Positions 50,115 to 59,807 of a DNA stretch of 64,000 nucleotides are shown here, in pieces; the first letter of the stretch is position 1, and each line of letters opens with the position of its first letter. Source of the stretch: an uncultured SAR86 cluster bacterium. Its GTDB lineage: Bacteria > Pseudomonadota > Gammaproteobacteria > Magnimaribacterales > D2472. Location of the stretch: assembly GCA_902591565.1 (NCBI GenBank), contig CACJBC010000001.1, positions 34,717-98,716 on the forward strand, written 5' to 3'. The translations under genes and the position numbers were made by a program. The notes under the pieces are model-generated. The model did no database searches and had not been told where the DNA came from. It was given only the letters and a program-made list of their open reading frames with translations.

Positions 50115-51407
50115 TTGAATAAAATAGAAAAGTCTATAGTCCTCTTCGATAAAGCTAAGTTACTTATGCCGGGCGGGGTCAATTCACCAGTTCGTGCCTT
50201 CAAAAATATTAATGGTAATCCTATTTTTTTTGAAAAAGCAGAAGGCGCTTATCTTTTTGATGCTGATGGTAATAAATACATAGATTACATTGGGTCATGG
50301 GGTCCAATGATTATGGGGCATTCACACCCCGATATAGTCAATGCTATTAAAAAACAAGCTGAGCTTGGTACAAGTTATGGAGCGCCAACAAGTTTAGAGT
50401 CTAATTTGGCAGAGCTAATTATAAAAAATGTTCCGAGTATCGAGAAAATAAGAATGGTCAATTCTGGAACCGAGGCAACAATGAGTTCAATTAGATTGGC
50501 TAGAGGATTTACTAATAGAGACAAAATAATTAAATTCGACGGATGCTACCATGGTCATGTTGATTCGCTTCTAATAAAAGCAGGATCAGGAGTCTTAACC
50601 TTCGGCTTGCCAGATTCACCAGGCATTCCAGAAGATCTTGCTAAGCACACTATTACATGTCCATATAATGATATCGCAGCTTTTATCGATATTTTCAATA
50701 GTGTTAAAGATGATCTTGCTGCAGTAATTGTCGAGCCTATCGCAGGCAACATGGGCTTTGTTCCAGGAACAGAAGAGTTTTTACAAACATTAAGATCATA
50801 CACAGAATCTAATAATTCTCTCCTAATATTTGATGAAGTTATGAGTGGTTTTAGAGTCTCACTAGGGGGAGCACAAGAAATCTTTAACATAAGACCTGAC
50901 ATTACTGCTTTAGGTAAAGTAATAGGAGGCGGGCTTCCGGTTGGAGCATTTGGTGGGAAAAAAGAAATTATGGACTTTCTTGCACCAGAGGGCCCTGTAT
51001 ACCAAGCTGGAACACTTTCTGGAAATCCCTTAGCTATGGCGGCAGGGTCAACCTTGCTTAAACTTCTTATTGATAATAATCCATATAAAAAATTAGAAGA
51101 AAACGCAAAATTGATGCTTGATGGAATGAATGAAATTATGAGTTCTGCTGGAATTCCTTTTTCTAAAAATCAGATTGGAGGCATGTTTGGTTTCTTTTTT
51201 TCTGAAGAACTTCCATTAAATATTAATGACGTATCTAAAACAAATGACGAAACATTTTCAATGTTTATTAATGCATGTATAAAAAATGGAATATATTTTG
51301 CGCCCTCTAAATATGAAGCTGGATTTATTTCTTCAATGCATAGCAACAAAGAAATTGATGAAACGTTAGATGTTGTTGGTAATATAATAAAAAAGGGAAT
51401 TTTTTAA
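50115..51407 (+). CDS. hemL: Glutamate-1-semialdehyde 2,1-aminomutase
   Basis: PGGVNSPVRAF, DYIGSWGPMIMGH, FDEVMSGFR, and the PLP-Lys block LGKVIGGGLPVGAFGG. TTG start. Confidence 0.95.
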   Translation: MNKIEKSIVLFDKAKLLMPGGVNSPVRAFKNINGNPIFFEKAEGAYLFDADGNKYIDYIGSWGPMIMGHSHPDIVNAIKKQAELGTSYGAPTSLESNLAELIIKNVPSIEKIRMVNSGTEATMSSIRLARGFTNRDKIIKFDGCYHGHVDSLLIKAGSGVLTFGLPDSPGIPEDLAKHTITCPYNDIAAFIDIFNSVKDDLAAVIVEPIAGNMGFVPGTEEFLQTLRSYTESNNSLLIFDEVMSGFRVSLGGAQEIFNIRPDITALGKVIGGGLPVGAFGGKKEIMDFLAPEGPVYQAGTLSGNPLAMAAGSTLLKLLIDNNPYKKLEENAKLMLDGMNEIMSSAGIPFSKNQIGGMFGFFFSEELPLNINDVSKTNDETFSMFINACIKNGIYFAPSKYEAGFISSMHSNKEIDETLDVVGNIIKKGIF

Positions 51408-52412
51408 ATGATGAAATATGATATTAGTGCTCTTGGAAATGCTCTTGTAGATACTCAATACAAAGTAAGTCATGAATTTTTAACTAGTGTAGGACTTGAG
51501 GCTGATTCGATGACTTTGGCTTCTGCAGAAGAGCAAGCACCAATCATAGAAGAGCTAATTAATATGGGTGCAGAATCTGTATCAGATTGTGGTGGCTCTG
51601 CCACAAACTCATTGGTTGCAGCCGCAAACTATGGTTCAAAATGTCATCATGTTTGCCGCGTTTCAGATGATGAAGATGGTAGGCAATACCTCGAAAGCTT
51701 GAGATCAGCAGGAGTCCACCATATAGGCATTAGTTCAGAAAACTCTGATGCCCCTACTGGCAAGTGTTTAATATTAGTTACTCCTGATGCTAAGAGAACA
51801 ATGAGTAGCATGCTGGGTGTGAGCGCTTTTTTAGGTTCAGCTGATATTGATTTTGATGTTGTTGAAAATTCTAAAATATTTTACATAGAAGGTTATATGG
51901 TAACTAGTGAAGATAATTTTAATGCTGTTATATCCGTTTTAGAACATCTAAAAAACAAAGATACAATTAAGGCACTGTCTTTATCTGATGCAGGTATCGT
52001 TCATGGATTTAAAGAAAAGTTTGAGCAGATATTATCTTATGGTGTTGATATGATTTTTTGTAATGACGATGAAGCTATTGCCTACTCAGGTAAAGATAAC
52101 CTTGGCGAAGCTATAAATTACTATAAAAATAAAACTTATATGACCGTAATCACAAAAGGCGCAGATGGAAGTGTTGTAGTAAAAGATGGAAAGGAAATTC
52201 ATGCAGATGCTGAAAAAATTACACCAATAGATACTAATGGTGCTGGTGATATGTTCGCTGGTTCATTTATGCATGCCTATCTTCAAGACAATGATTTAAA
52301 AACATGTGCAGAGTTTAGTAATTTTGCCTCGTCTAAGATTGTTGAAACTTTTGGACCTAGATTATCTGCAGATGGATATGCAGAAGTTGCAAATAAATTA
52401 AGAAAAAGCTAG
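51408..52412 (+). CDS. PfkB-family carbohydrate/nucleoside kinase, adenosine-kinase-like
   Basis: GGSATNS and DTNGAGDMFAG (PfkB signature 2). The ATG follows the hemL stop directly. Confidence 0.6.
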   Translation: MMKYDISALGNALVDTQYKVSHEFLTSVGLEADSMTLASAEEQAPIIEELINMGAESVSDCGGSATNSLVAAANYGSKCHHVCRVSDDEDGRQYLESLRSAGVHHIGISSENSDAPTGKCLILVTPDAKRTMSSMLGVSAFLGSADIDFDVVENSKIFYIEGYMVTSEDNFNAVISVLEHLKNKDTIKALSLSDAGIVHGFKEKFEQILSYGVDMIFCNDDEAIAYSGKDNLGEAINYYKNKTYMTVITKGADGSVVVKDGKEIHADAEKITPIDTNGAGDMFAGSFMHAYLQDNDLKTCAEFSNFASSKIVETFGPRLSADGYAEVANKLRKS

Positions 52413-52471
52413 CTTATTTAGTCGGTTTCTGATATTTTTCCCAACCTAAAATTCTTATTACTTCATATTTA

Positions 52472-53023
52472 ATGGTAAAAACTAAAACAGCGTCAGCAAA
52501 AAAAACTACTCCTAAAAAAGTAGCTCCTAAAAAAACTTTGGCAAAAAAAGTTTTAAAAAAGGTAGCTGCTAAAAAAACAGTTGCAAAAAAAGCGCCCCAA
52601 AAGATTGCTAATAATAAATCTAAAATTGCTCCATACAAATCCAAAAAAAATGAGAAGTATATGAGTGCAGCAATGAAAAGGCATTTTGTAGCTGTGTTAT
52701 TGTTATGGAAAGAGCATTTATTAGACGAAATGCAAAAAACATTTGACCATCTTAAAGCAAAAGGTGAAACATATGCAGATCCTGTAGATAGAGCATCACA
52801 AGAAGAAGAATTTGCTTTTGAGCTAAGAACGAGGGATAGAGAGAGAAAACTTATAAGTAAAATAGCTATATCTATAGAAAAAATTAAACAAGATGATTAT
52901 GGTTGGTGCGATGCATGCGGATGTGAAATAGGCATTAAAAGACTTGAAGCCAGACCTACTGCAACACATTGTATTGATTGCAAGACTCTTGATGAGATTA
53001 AAGAAAAACAATTACATGGTTAA
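52472..53023 (+). CDS. dksA: RNA polymerase-binding transcription factor DksA with a Lys/Ala/Pro-rich N-terminal extension
   Basis: The core aligns to E. coli DksA: PYKSKKNEKYMS (PYQEKPGEEYMN), DPVDRASQEEEFAFELRTRDRERKLI (coiled-coil tip DxxDxA), and the Zn finger CDACGCEIGIKRLEARPTATHCIDC. The first ~46 aa are KKxA/PKK repeats. Confidence 0.9.
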   Translation: MVKTKTASAKKTTPKKVAPKKTLAKKVLKKVAAKKTVAKKAPQKIANNKSKIAPYKSKKNEKYMSAAMKRHFVAVLLLWKEHLLDEMQKTFDHLKAKGETYADPVDRASQEEEFAFELRTRDRERKLISKIAISIEKIKQDDYGWCDACGCEIGIKRLEARPTATHCIDCKTLDEIKEKQLHG

Positions 53024-53048
53024 TACTCATTAACCCCCATGAATACGT

Positions 53049-54284
53049 TTGATTGATAATACAAAAATAAGCAAATTTGCTATATCTGTTATTTCAGAAT
53101 TACAAAAAAATGACTTTCAAGCATACCTTGTTGGAGGATGTGTAAGAGATTCGCTTGCTGGAATAGAGCCAAAAGATTTTGATATTGCTACAGATGCTAC
53201 GCCTGAACAAATTAGAAAAATATTTAAAGCTTCAAGAATTATTGGTAGACGTTTCAAGCTTGTGCATGTATTTAATAGAGCAGAACTACTAGAGGTGGCG
53301 ACATTCAGATCAGGTAACAATAAAACCGAAGATGAGTCCAAGTTAATAAAAGATGAGAGTGGGAAGATTCTTAGAGACAATGTTTGGGGTACTTTAGATC
53401 AAGATTGTTATCGAAGAGACTTTACAATAAATGCTCTTTACTACTGTCCTATTTCAAAAAAAATAGAAGATAAAAATAATGGATTAAGCCATATACATAA
53501 AAAATTAATTGTATCGATTGGAGATCCTCAATTAAGATTTGAAGAAGATCCTGTAAGAAGCCTTAGAGCTATAAGATTCAGTAACAAACTTGGTTTTAAA
53601 ATAGATAGTCAAATTAAAAACGCCATTTATGATAAAGGCCATTTGCTATCAAGTATCTCAAATGCAAGATTATTTGATGAGTTTTGTAAAATATTCTTAG
53701 GGGGTATGGGGGAGAAAAATTTCAATAAGCTATGCTCATTTAATCTTAATAAGCACTTAGTCATATCTAATCCTGAAGACAGCGATTTTTCACACAATAT
53801 TATGATTCAAGCTTTGAGGAATACGGACGACAGAATAAAAAATAATCAGTCTGTTACTCCTGGTTTCTTATTGGCAGCATTGTTATGGCCAAAATTAATT
53901 TCTAGATGTATAAAAAATAATGAAATTAATATCAAAAAATTCTTTAGATCTATGGATGGGGTATTAAGAGAACAACAAAAACTTACAGCCGTTCCAAGAA
54001 AATTCAATAGCTATATAAAAGACATATGGGTTCTTCAGCTGAAACTTCATAGCAGAATTAAAAGTCAGCCCTATAAAATAATAAGACATCCAAGGTTTAG
54101 GGCTGCATATGATTTTCTTCTTGTAAGAGAAAAAGCCTCCGTTGATAAGAATGGACTCGGGAAATGGTGGACTGATTTTCAAAAAAATGATGATTCTCTC
54201 AGAGGATCGTTGATTGCAAGAATGAACGAAAAAAGTGATGCAGATTCCTCCAAAAAATTTGGCTTCTATAACGAGTTGAGATAA
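53049..54284 (+). CDS. pcnB: Poly(A) polymerase I
   Basis: AYLVGGCVRDSLAGIEPKDFDIAT, FRRDFTINALYY. The dksA-pcnB order is as in enterobacteria. TTG start. Confidence 0.85.
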   Translation: MIDNTKISKFAISVISELQKNDFQAYLVGGCVRDSLAGIEPKDFDIATDATPEQIRKIFKASRIIGRRFKLVHVFNRAELLEVATFRSGNNKTEDESKLIKDESGKILRDNVWGTLDQDCYRRDFTINALYYCPISKKIEDKNNGLSHIHKKLIVSIGDPQLRFEEDPVRSLRAIRFSNKLGFKIDSQIKNAIYDKGHLLSSISNARLFDEFCKIFLGGMGEKNFNKLCSFNLNKHLVISNPEDSDFSHNIMIQALRNTDDRIKNNQSVTPGFLLAALLWPKLISRCIKNNEINIKKFFRSMDGVLREQQKLTAVPRKFNSYIKDIWVLQLKLHSRIKSQPYKIIRHPRFRAAYDFLLVREKASVDKNGLGKWWTDFQKNDDSLRGSLIARMNEKSDADSSKKFGFYNELR

Positions 54285-54313
54285 TCTAGAGATAATAAAT
54301 AAATATGTAATTA

Positions 54314-54979
54314 ATGAAGCCAGCTATCAAAGAAGTTCCACTTCCGAAATATATTGCAATTGAAGGACCAATCGGAGTTGGAAAAACAACTTTAGCCAAT
54401 AAAATAGCTGCCACCTTTAACTATGATGCTTTTTTAGAGCAGCCTGCAGAAAATCCATTCCTAAAAAATTTCTATAGAAATCCCAGTCAGTCTGCTCTCG
54501 CTACTCAGTTGTTCTTTTTATTTCAAAGAATGCAACAAATCCAAGACTTAAAGCAGAGAAGTCTATTTGAAGCGGTAAGAGTTGCTGACTTTTTAATAGA
54601 AAAAGATAGGTTATTTGCAGAGGTTACTCTCTCAAATGAAGAAATGGATCTTTACGATAAAGTATATGATCATATTACGCTTGATGCTCCATCTCCCGAT
54701 CTTGTAATCTACTTGCAGGCACCAATAGATGTATTAAAAGATAGAATTACTAAAAGAGGAAATATTAATGAACAATACTTAACATTAGAGTATTTAGAAA
54801 AACTAAATGACGCTTATTCTAGATTTTTTCTTGATTATAACGATGCCCCCTTACTTATTATTAATGCTGCTGACATTAATTTAGAATCAAATGAAGCTGA
54901 TTATGAATCGCTTATAACAACAATAATGTCTAACCCTAAAGGCAAAAATTTTATAAATCCACAGCCTTCGATTATATAA
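54314..54979 (+). CDS. Deoxynucleoside kinase family protein
   Basis: P-loop IAIEGPIGVGKTTLA, an ERS-like region, and the lid DRITKRGNINEQ typical of the dNK/dCK/dGK family. Confidence 0.7.
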   Translation: MKPAIKEVPLPKYIAIEGPIGVGKTTLANKIAATFNYDAFLEQPAENPFLKNFYRNPSQSALATQLFFLFQRMQQIQDLKQRSLFEAVRVADFLIEKDRLFAEVTLSNEEMDLYDKVYDHITLDAPSPDLVIYLQAPIDVLKDRITKRGNINEQYLTLEYLEKLNDAYSRFFLDYNDAPLLIINAADINLESNEADYESLITTIMSNPKGKNFINPQPSII

Positions 54980-54985
54980 ACTACT

Positions 54986-56911
54986 ATGGCCGGTAACATT
55001 TTTTATCCTAAAGGTCGAACTAATCCTTTCATAAAAGATCTTGATGAATATAAGGAACTTTACCAACAGTCTTTAAATTATCCAGAAGAATTTTTTGGAA
55101 ACCTTGCAAGAGAAAATATCAAATGGATAGAAGATTTTGATTCAGTACACAATGGCAAGTTCGCAGAAACAAAATGGTTTGAAGGTGGTAAAACTAATGT
55201 TAGTTTGAATTGTATTGATAGGCATCTTAAAGACAGCGCTAATAAAACTGCAATAATTTGGGAAGGCGACAATCCAAATGATTTTAAAGAACTATCTTAT
55301 CAAGAGCTTCATGATGAAGTTTGTAAATTTGCTAACGTTTTAAAAAATCTTGGAGTAAAAAAGGGTTCACGAGTATGTATATACATGCCGATGATAGTTG
55401 AAGTTGCTTATGCAATGTTGGCTTGTACAAGAATTGGTGCTATTCACTCAGTTGTATTTGGTGGATTTTCTCCTGAATCTTTAAAAGATAGAATCCTTGA
55501 TGCTGATTGCAGAATTGTAATCACTGCAGATGAAGGGGTAAGAGGTGGTAAAGCTATTCCTCTTAAGGCTAATGTAGATGAAGCATTAGCAAAATGTCCA
55601 AACGTAAAAAATACATTAGTAATCAAAAGAACTGGCAATAATATTAGCTGGAATTCAAACAGGGATGTTTGGTATGAGGATCTTGTTAAAGATGTCAGCA
55701 ATGTATGTCAACCAGAGCCAATGGATTCTGAGGATCCCCTTTTTATACTCTACACGTCTGGTTCAACTGGTAAACCCAAAGGAGTACTTCATTCAACTGC
55801 AGGCTATTTATTAGGAGCTCATATAAGCTTTAAATATATATTTGGAATTAAACCTGAAGATAAGTACTGGTGTACAGCTGATGTTGGATGGATTACAGGG
55901 CATACCTATATTTTATATGGTCCATTGTCTAATGGAGCAACTACTTTGATGTTTGAGGGTGTCCCAACCTATCCTTCCGCATCAAGATGTTGGGAAATTT
56001 GTGATAAACATGAGATTACTATCTTTTACACTGCCCCAACAGCAATAAGAGCCTTAATGGCTAAAGGTGATGAGCCAGTAACGCAAACAAAGAGAGATAG
56101 TCTCAGAATTCTTGGAACTGTTGGAGAACCAATAAATCCTGAAGCGTGGGATTGGTATTATAGTGTTGTTGGAAATTCTAAGTGTGAGATTGTCGATACA
56201 TGGTGGCAAACAGAAACGGGTTCTGTATTGATTACTCCTATTGCTGGCGTTACTCCAACAAAACCTGGATCAGCTACATTGCCATTTTTTGGAGTGAAGC
56301 CAGAGCTTTATGATGAGACTGGGGTTAAATTAGATGGCGCTAATTCTGGAAATCTTGTCATTGAAAAATCATGGCCAAGTCAAATAAGAAGTGTTTATGG
56401 TGATCATAAAAGACTCATAAATACATATTTTAGTATGTATGAAGGCATCTATTTCACAGGAGATGGAGCAAGGAGAGATGAAGATGGCTACTTTTGGATT
56501 ACTGGTAGAGTTGATGACGTCTTAAACGTATCAGGTCACAGACTTGGCACAGCAGAAATTGAAAGCGCCTTAGTTCTTCATCCAAAAATTGCTGAAGCTG
56601 CTGTAGTTGGATTCGATCATCCAATAAAAGGTCAGGGTATTTATGCATATATTACACTCATGATTGGTGAATCTTTTTATGAAAGCTTTGATGAAGATAT
56701 AAAGCAATTTGTTGCAAAAGAGATAGGCCCTATTGCAAAACCTGATCTTATTCAAAATGCTCCAGGACTTCCAAAAACTAGATCAGGTAAAATTATGAGA
56801 AGAATTCTTAGAAAGATAGCAGAAGGAGACTTATCAAATTTAGGAGATACATCAACTTTAGCTGATCCATCTGTTGTAAATTCACTAATTGAAAATAAAC
56901 AAAGTTTATGA
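54986..56911 (+). CDS. acs: Acetyl-CoA synthetase (AMP-forming)
   Basis: [43 protein letters not shown] and [11 protein letters not shown]; 641 aa. Confidence 0.95.
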   Translation: MAGNIFYPKGRTNPFIKDLDEYKELYQQSLNYPEEFFGNLARENIKWIEDFDSVHNGKFAETKWFEGGKTNVSLNCIDRHLKDSANKTAIIWEGDNPNDFKELSYQELHDEVCKFANVLKNLGVKKGSRVCIYMPMIVEVAYAMLACTRIGAIHSVVFGGFSPESLKDRILDADCRIVITADEGVRGGKAIPLKANVDEALAKCPNVKNTLVIKRTGNNISWNSNRDVWYEDLVKDVSNVCQPEPMDSEDPLFILYTSGSTGKPKGVLHSTAGYLLGAHISFKYIFGIKPEDKYWCTADVGWITGHTYILYGPLSNGATTLMFEGVPTYPSASRCWEICDKHEITIFYTAPTAIRALMAKGDEPVTQTKRDSLRILGTVGEPINPEAWDWYYSVVGNSKCEIVDTWWQTETGSVLITPIAGVTPTKPGSATLPFFGVKPELYDETGVKLDGANSGNLVIEKSWPSQIRSVYGDHKRLINTYFSMYEGIYFTGDGARRDEDGYFWITGRVDDVLNVSGHRLGTAEIESALVLHPKIAEAAVVGFDHPIKGQGIYAYITLMIGESFYESFDEDIKQFVAKEIGPIAKPDLIQNAPGLPKTRSGKIMRRILRKIAEGDLSNLGDTSTLADPSVVNSLIENKQSL

Positions 56912-57285
56912 AAAAAGTCTTAGTGCTTTTCTCCTTAACATTAATACAAGGGTGTCTAGTATCAAATAAAGAATTTGAAGAACTTGATTCTGATAGCAGT
57001 TTTTTTACATCTGCTCAATCAATTAAATGCATGCAAATGGTTACACCTCAGCAGCCTACCCCGATTAATGATAAAGGTGACACAATTGAAGTATATGATC
57101 AAAGCGATTGTTATGACGACCTTGCAAAAAAAAACATAAGAAAATTAAATCTCGAATTAAAAAAAATAGAAATAGTTATTGATACCAAAGAAGAAGAAAT
57201 TAAACTTCTTGATAATTCTTCTCAAGAAATTGACATAGAAGATATTGAAGAAAAAGTTCTAAAAAATGAAAAAGGGTCAAATTAA
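56908..57285 (+). CDS. Small acidic lipoprotein, unknown function
   Basis: Signal peptide with lipobox LIQGC and a Glu/Asp/Lys-rich C-terminus. The start overlaps the acs stop by 4 nt. Confidence 0.4.
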   Translation: MKKVLVLFSLTLIQGCLVSNKEFEELDSDSSFFTSAQSIKCMQMVTPQQPTPINDKGDTIEVYDQSDCYDDLAKKNIRKLNLELKKIEIVIDTKEEEIKLLDNSSQEIDIEDIEEKVLKNEKGSN

Positions 57286-58074
57286 CTTATAAAAGTCGTT
57301 ATTTTTCTCAACCTTCTTTTCATTCATAAGTTTTATTAAGTGAGCATCTAAACTATATAAGGCAATAGGATGCAGCTGTTCTGAGACGTCGTCATACACG
57401 AACTTAACTAAATTATCTAATGTGTTCTCTCCAAAATCCTTGAGCTTTCTTAAAACTTTATTTTCTCTAGATAGTCTATGACGGATTATAGACTGTATTG
57501 TTTTTTTTGGTTCATGCATAAAATTACCATGTCCGGGGGCAAAAAAATCAACTTTATAAGACAACAAACGTTGTAAAGAATTAAGATAATCGTTCATATT
57601 GCCATCAGGTGGTCCTATGACCACAGTTGATCCGTCCATAATATGATCACCAGTTATAAGACAGTTATTGTCTTTTATTAGAAAGCAAAAATGATTTGAT
57701 GCATGTCCAGGAGTATGAATTGCTTCTAATGTATATTCTTCTGTTTCTATAATATCTTTGTCTTTTAAGACAACATCTGGATTAAATGTTTCATCCTCCC
57801 ATGATGAATCTCCATCAACTAATCTGCCATACATAGGAACATCTAATATTTTTGCAATTGGTAAAGCAGCCGGAGAATGATCTGTATGAGTATGCGTAAC
57901 TATTATTCTTTTTATGTTTCCATTACCTTGTTTAATTATTTCATCAATATGCTCAGAAATATTTGGGCCTGGATCTATCAAAGAAATATCTTGTTTACCT
58001 ATTAAATAAGTATTAGTCCCCTTTCCAGTAAAAACACTTGGATTAGGTGCAGTAATTTTCTTTATTAAATCCAT
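57277..58074 (-). CDS. Metallo-beta-lactamase-fold hydrolase (LACTB2-like, with C-terminal winged-helix)
   Basis: VTHTHTDHS (HxHxDH), HTPGH, GDHIM and PGHG metal ligands. Confidence 0.75.
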   Translation of the reverse strand: MDLIKKITAPNPSVFTGKGTNTYLIGKQDISLIDPGPNISEHIDEIIKQGNGNIKRIIVTHTHTDHSPAALPIAKILDVPMYGRLVDGDSSWEDETFNPDVVLKDKDIIETEEYTLEAIHTPGHASNHFCFLIKDNNCLITGDHIMDGSTVVIGPPDGNMNDYLNSLQRLLSYKVDFFAPGHGNFMHEPKKTIQSIIRHRLSRENKVLRKLKDFGENTLDNLVKFVYDDVSEQLHPIALYSLDAHLIKLMNEKKVEKNNDFYKLI

Positions 58075-58083
58075 TTTTTTATA

Positions 58084-58878
58084 TTAATACTTGTCATAAT
58101 CTAAATCATCAGGCAATAAACCAATCCATCTACCTTCTTTTTTTAAAAATTTAGGCAATATTGTTGGAATATCATCATTAGTAAGTTTTGATTGGTGTTC
58201 TAGCAAATCTTTTCCTGAATCAAATTTCAAGCATTGTTCAAGAGTTTTTGTTGTAGGCATTATCATTGGCATTTGACCAGTTGATGATAATTCTAATGCT
58301 TTTTTTGGAGAGATCCATAAACTTTCTGTAAGCTCGGTTCCATCATGCTTTTCAGTTTGTTTCGATGGAATATATGCTATGAAAAATCTTGTATCAAACC
58401 TTTTAACTTCAACGTCGGGAGTAATCCAGTGAGAAAAAGGTTCTATGCTATCTAAATTTAAAATTAATCTTTCTTTTTGACAGATCTCTTTAAGACTTAT
58501 TTGATTATCTATAAGCATCTTTCGATAATTTATAAACTTTTGTTTTTCTATGCCATTTAAATCAAGCTCTTCTCCGTTATTTCTTTTAGCCAGTAAAACT
58601 CCAACCTCCTCGAAACACTCTCTGATGCAAGCAACCCAGTACGAGAGCCCTCCCTCATCTATTCCAAGCTTATTAGAGGCTAATTTATCATCAAGAGTAT
58701 TTGAAAAATTTACTAGTTTTTGATCTTTATCAGACTGATCTATCTTACCTCCAGGAAAAACATAAAGATTTTCAAATGGAGGTCTTTTAGACCTTTTAAC
58801 CATTAAAACTTGCAATCCCTCATCAGAATCTCTTATTAAAAGTACTGTTGCTGCTGGTATAAGCGAAAGATTATTCAT
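58084..58878 (-). CDS. NUDIX hydrolase
   Basis: The Nudix box is split by an insertion: FPGGKID ... ACIRECFEEVGVLLA (REx2EExGU). Confidence 0.65.
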   Translation of the reverse strand: MNNLSLIPAATVLLIRDSDEGLQVLMVKRSKRPPFENLYVFPGGKIDQSDKDQKLVNFSNTLDDKLASNKLGIDEGGLSYWVACIRECFEEVGVLLAKRNNGEELDLNGIEKQKFINYRKMLIDNQISLKEICQKERLILNLDSIEPFSHWITPDVEVKRFDTRFFIAYIPSKQTEKHDGTELTESLWISPKKALELSSTGQMPMIMPTTKTLEQCLKFDSGKDLLEHQSKLTNDDIPTILPKFLKKEGRWIGLLPDDLDYDKY

Positions 58879-58910
58879 AATTCATAATTTATTAGCTTAG
58901 AATACTGTCT

Positions 58911-59798
58911 ATGAATATAACTAACAATCTAAAAGATGACATTCTTCATGCCCCTAATTGGTTTCATCAAGCCATTCAAGACAAGCCTGAAGATAAAATA
59001 TTTGAACATAAATTAGGAAATGTTTCATACTCAAAGTGGGTAACTAGCTCAGCTAATAAAAACCTCATTGTTCTATTGCATGGAGGTGGAGCTCACAAAA
59101 AATGGTGGGATCCTATTGGGCCCCAAATAAAAGAAATTGGAAACATAATAGCAATAGATTTGCCTGGCATGGGTTACTCTGACTTTAGAGAAAAATATAG
59201 CATTGTAGATTATGGAAATTGCGTTACAGACATAATAGAAAAAGAAAAATTAGACCACGGGTTGGAGACTGTAAATATAGTTGGGCATTCTCTTGGAGGG
59301 CATGTAGCAGGATATATCGCAACAGAAAGAAAGGATCTGATTACTAACGTCATTATTATTGATACCTTCATAAGACCTCCTAACTATGATCCTTCGAAGC
59401 ATAGAGGACCTCTTGCCATGATTAGATATTATCCTGATAAAAATACTATTCTGAATAGGTTTAAATTAATGCCAAGTCAAGAATGTTTGAATGATTGGTA
59501 TGTGAGATATATTGCCGAATACTCTATCAAACAAACTAAAGATGGTTGGAGGTGGCGTTTTGATGAGGTTGTATTTACCAGTCTTGAAAGACTTTTTGAG
59601 TATCATTACTCATTTTCTTGTCCTGCGCTATTTGTCCATGGAGCTAATAGTTTATTAACAAGCGGTCATTTATTAGAAAATGTTAAAAACATGTATGGAA
59701 ATATAATGGAATTTATAGAAATACATGGTGCAGCTCATCATGTGCCTCTAGATAAACCTCATGAAGTTATTAAGCTTATCAAGGATAGATGTGGTTAG
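58911..59798 (+). CDS. Alpha/beta-fold hydrolase
   Basis: LLHGGGAHKKWW oxyanion region, nucleophile elbow GHSLGG, and C-terminal GAAHHVPLDKP (His). Confidence 0.7.
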   Translation: MNITNNLKDDILHAPNWFHQAIQDKPEDKIFEHKLGNVSYSKWVTSSANKNLIVLLHGGGAHKKWWDPIGPQIKEIGNIIAIDLPGMGYSDFREKYSIVDYGNCVTDIIEKEKLDHGLETVNIVGHSLGGHVAGYIATERKDLITNVIIIDTFIRPPNYDPSKHRGPLAMIRYYPDKNTILNRFKLMPSQECLNDWYVRYIAEYSIKQTKDGWRWRFDEVVFTSLERLFEYHYSFSCPALFVHGANSLLTSGHLLENVKNMYGNIMEFIEIHGAAHHVPLDKPHEVIKLIKDRCG

Positions 59799-59807
59799 AA
59801 TAAATCT

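Noticed and set aside
52490-52600. Periodic A-tract repeats (cctaaaaaa, gctaaaaaaac ...) that look at first like a DNA tandem repeat or spacer array.
   Set aside because: They are imperfect, in frame and translate to KKxA/PKK repeats continuous with DksA. The pattern is coding low complexity, not a CRISPR or satellite.
52414-52644. A 76-aa minus-strand ORF (Phe/Leu/Ala-rich, TM-like) opposite the dksA 5' region.
   Set aside because: It is the mirror image of the AAA/GCT-rich Lys/Ala coding repeats of the DksA tail. The plus-strand frame continues into an unmistakable DksA core.
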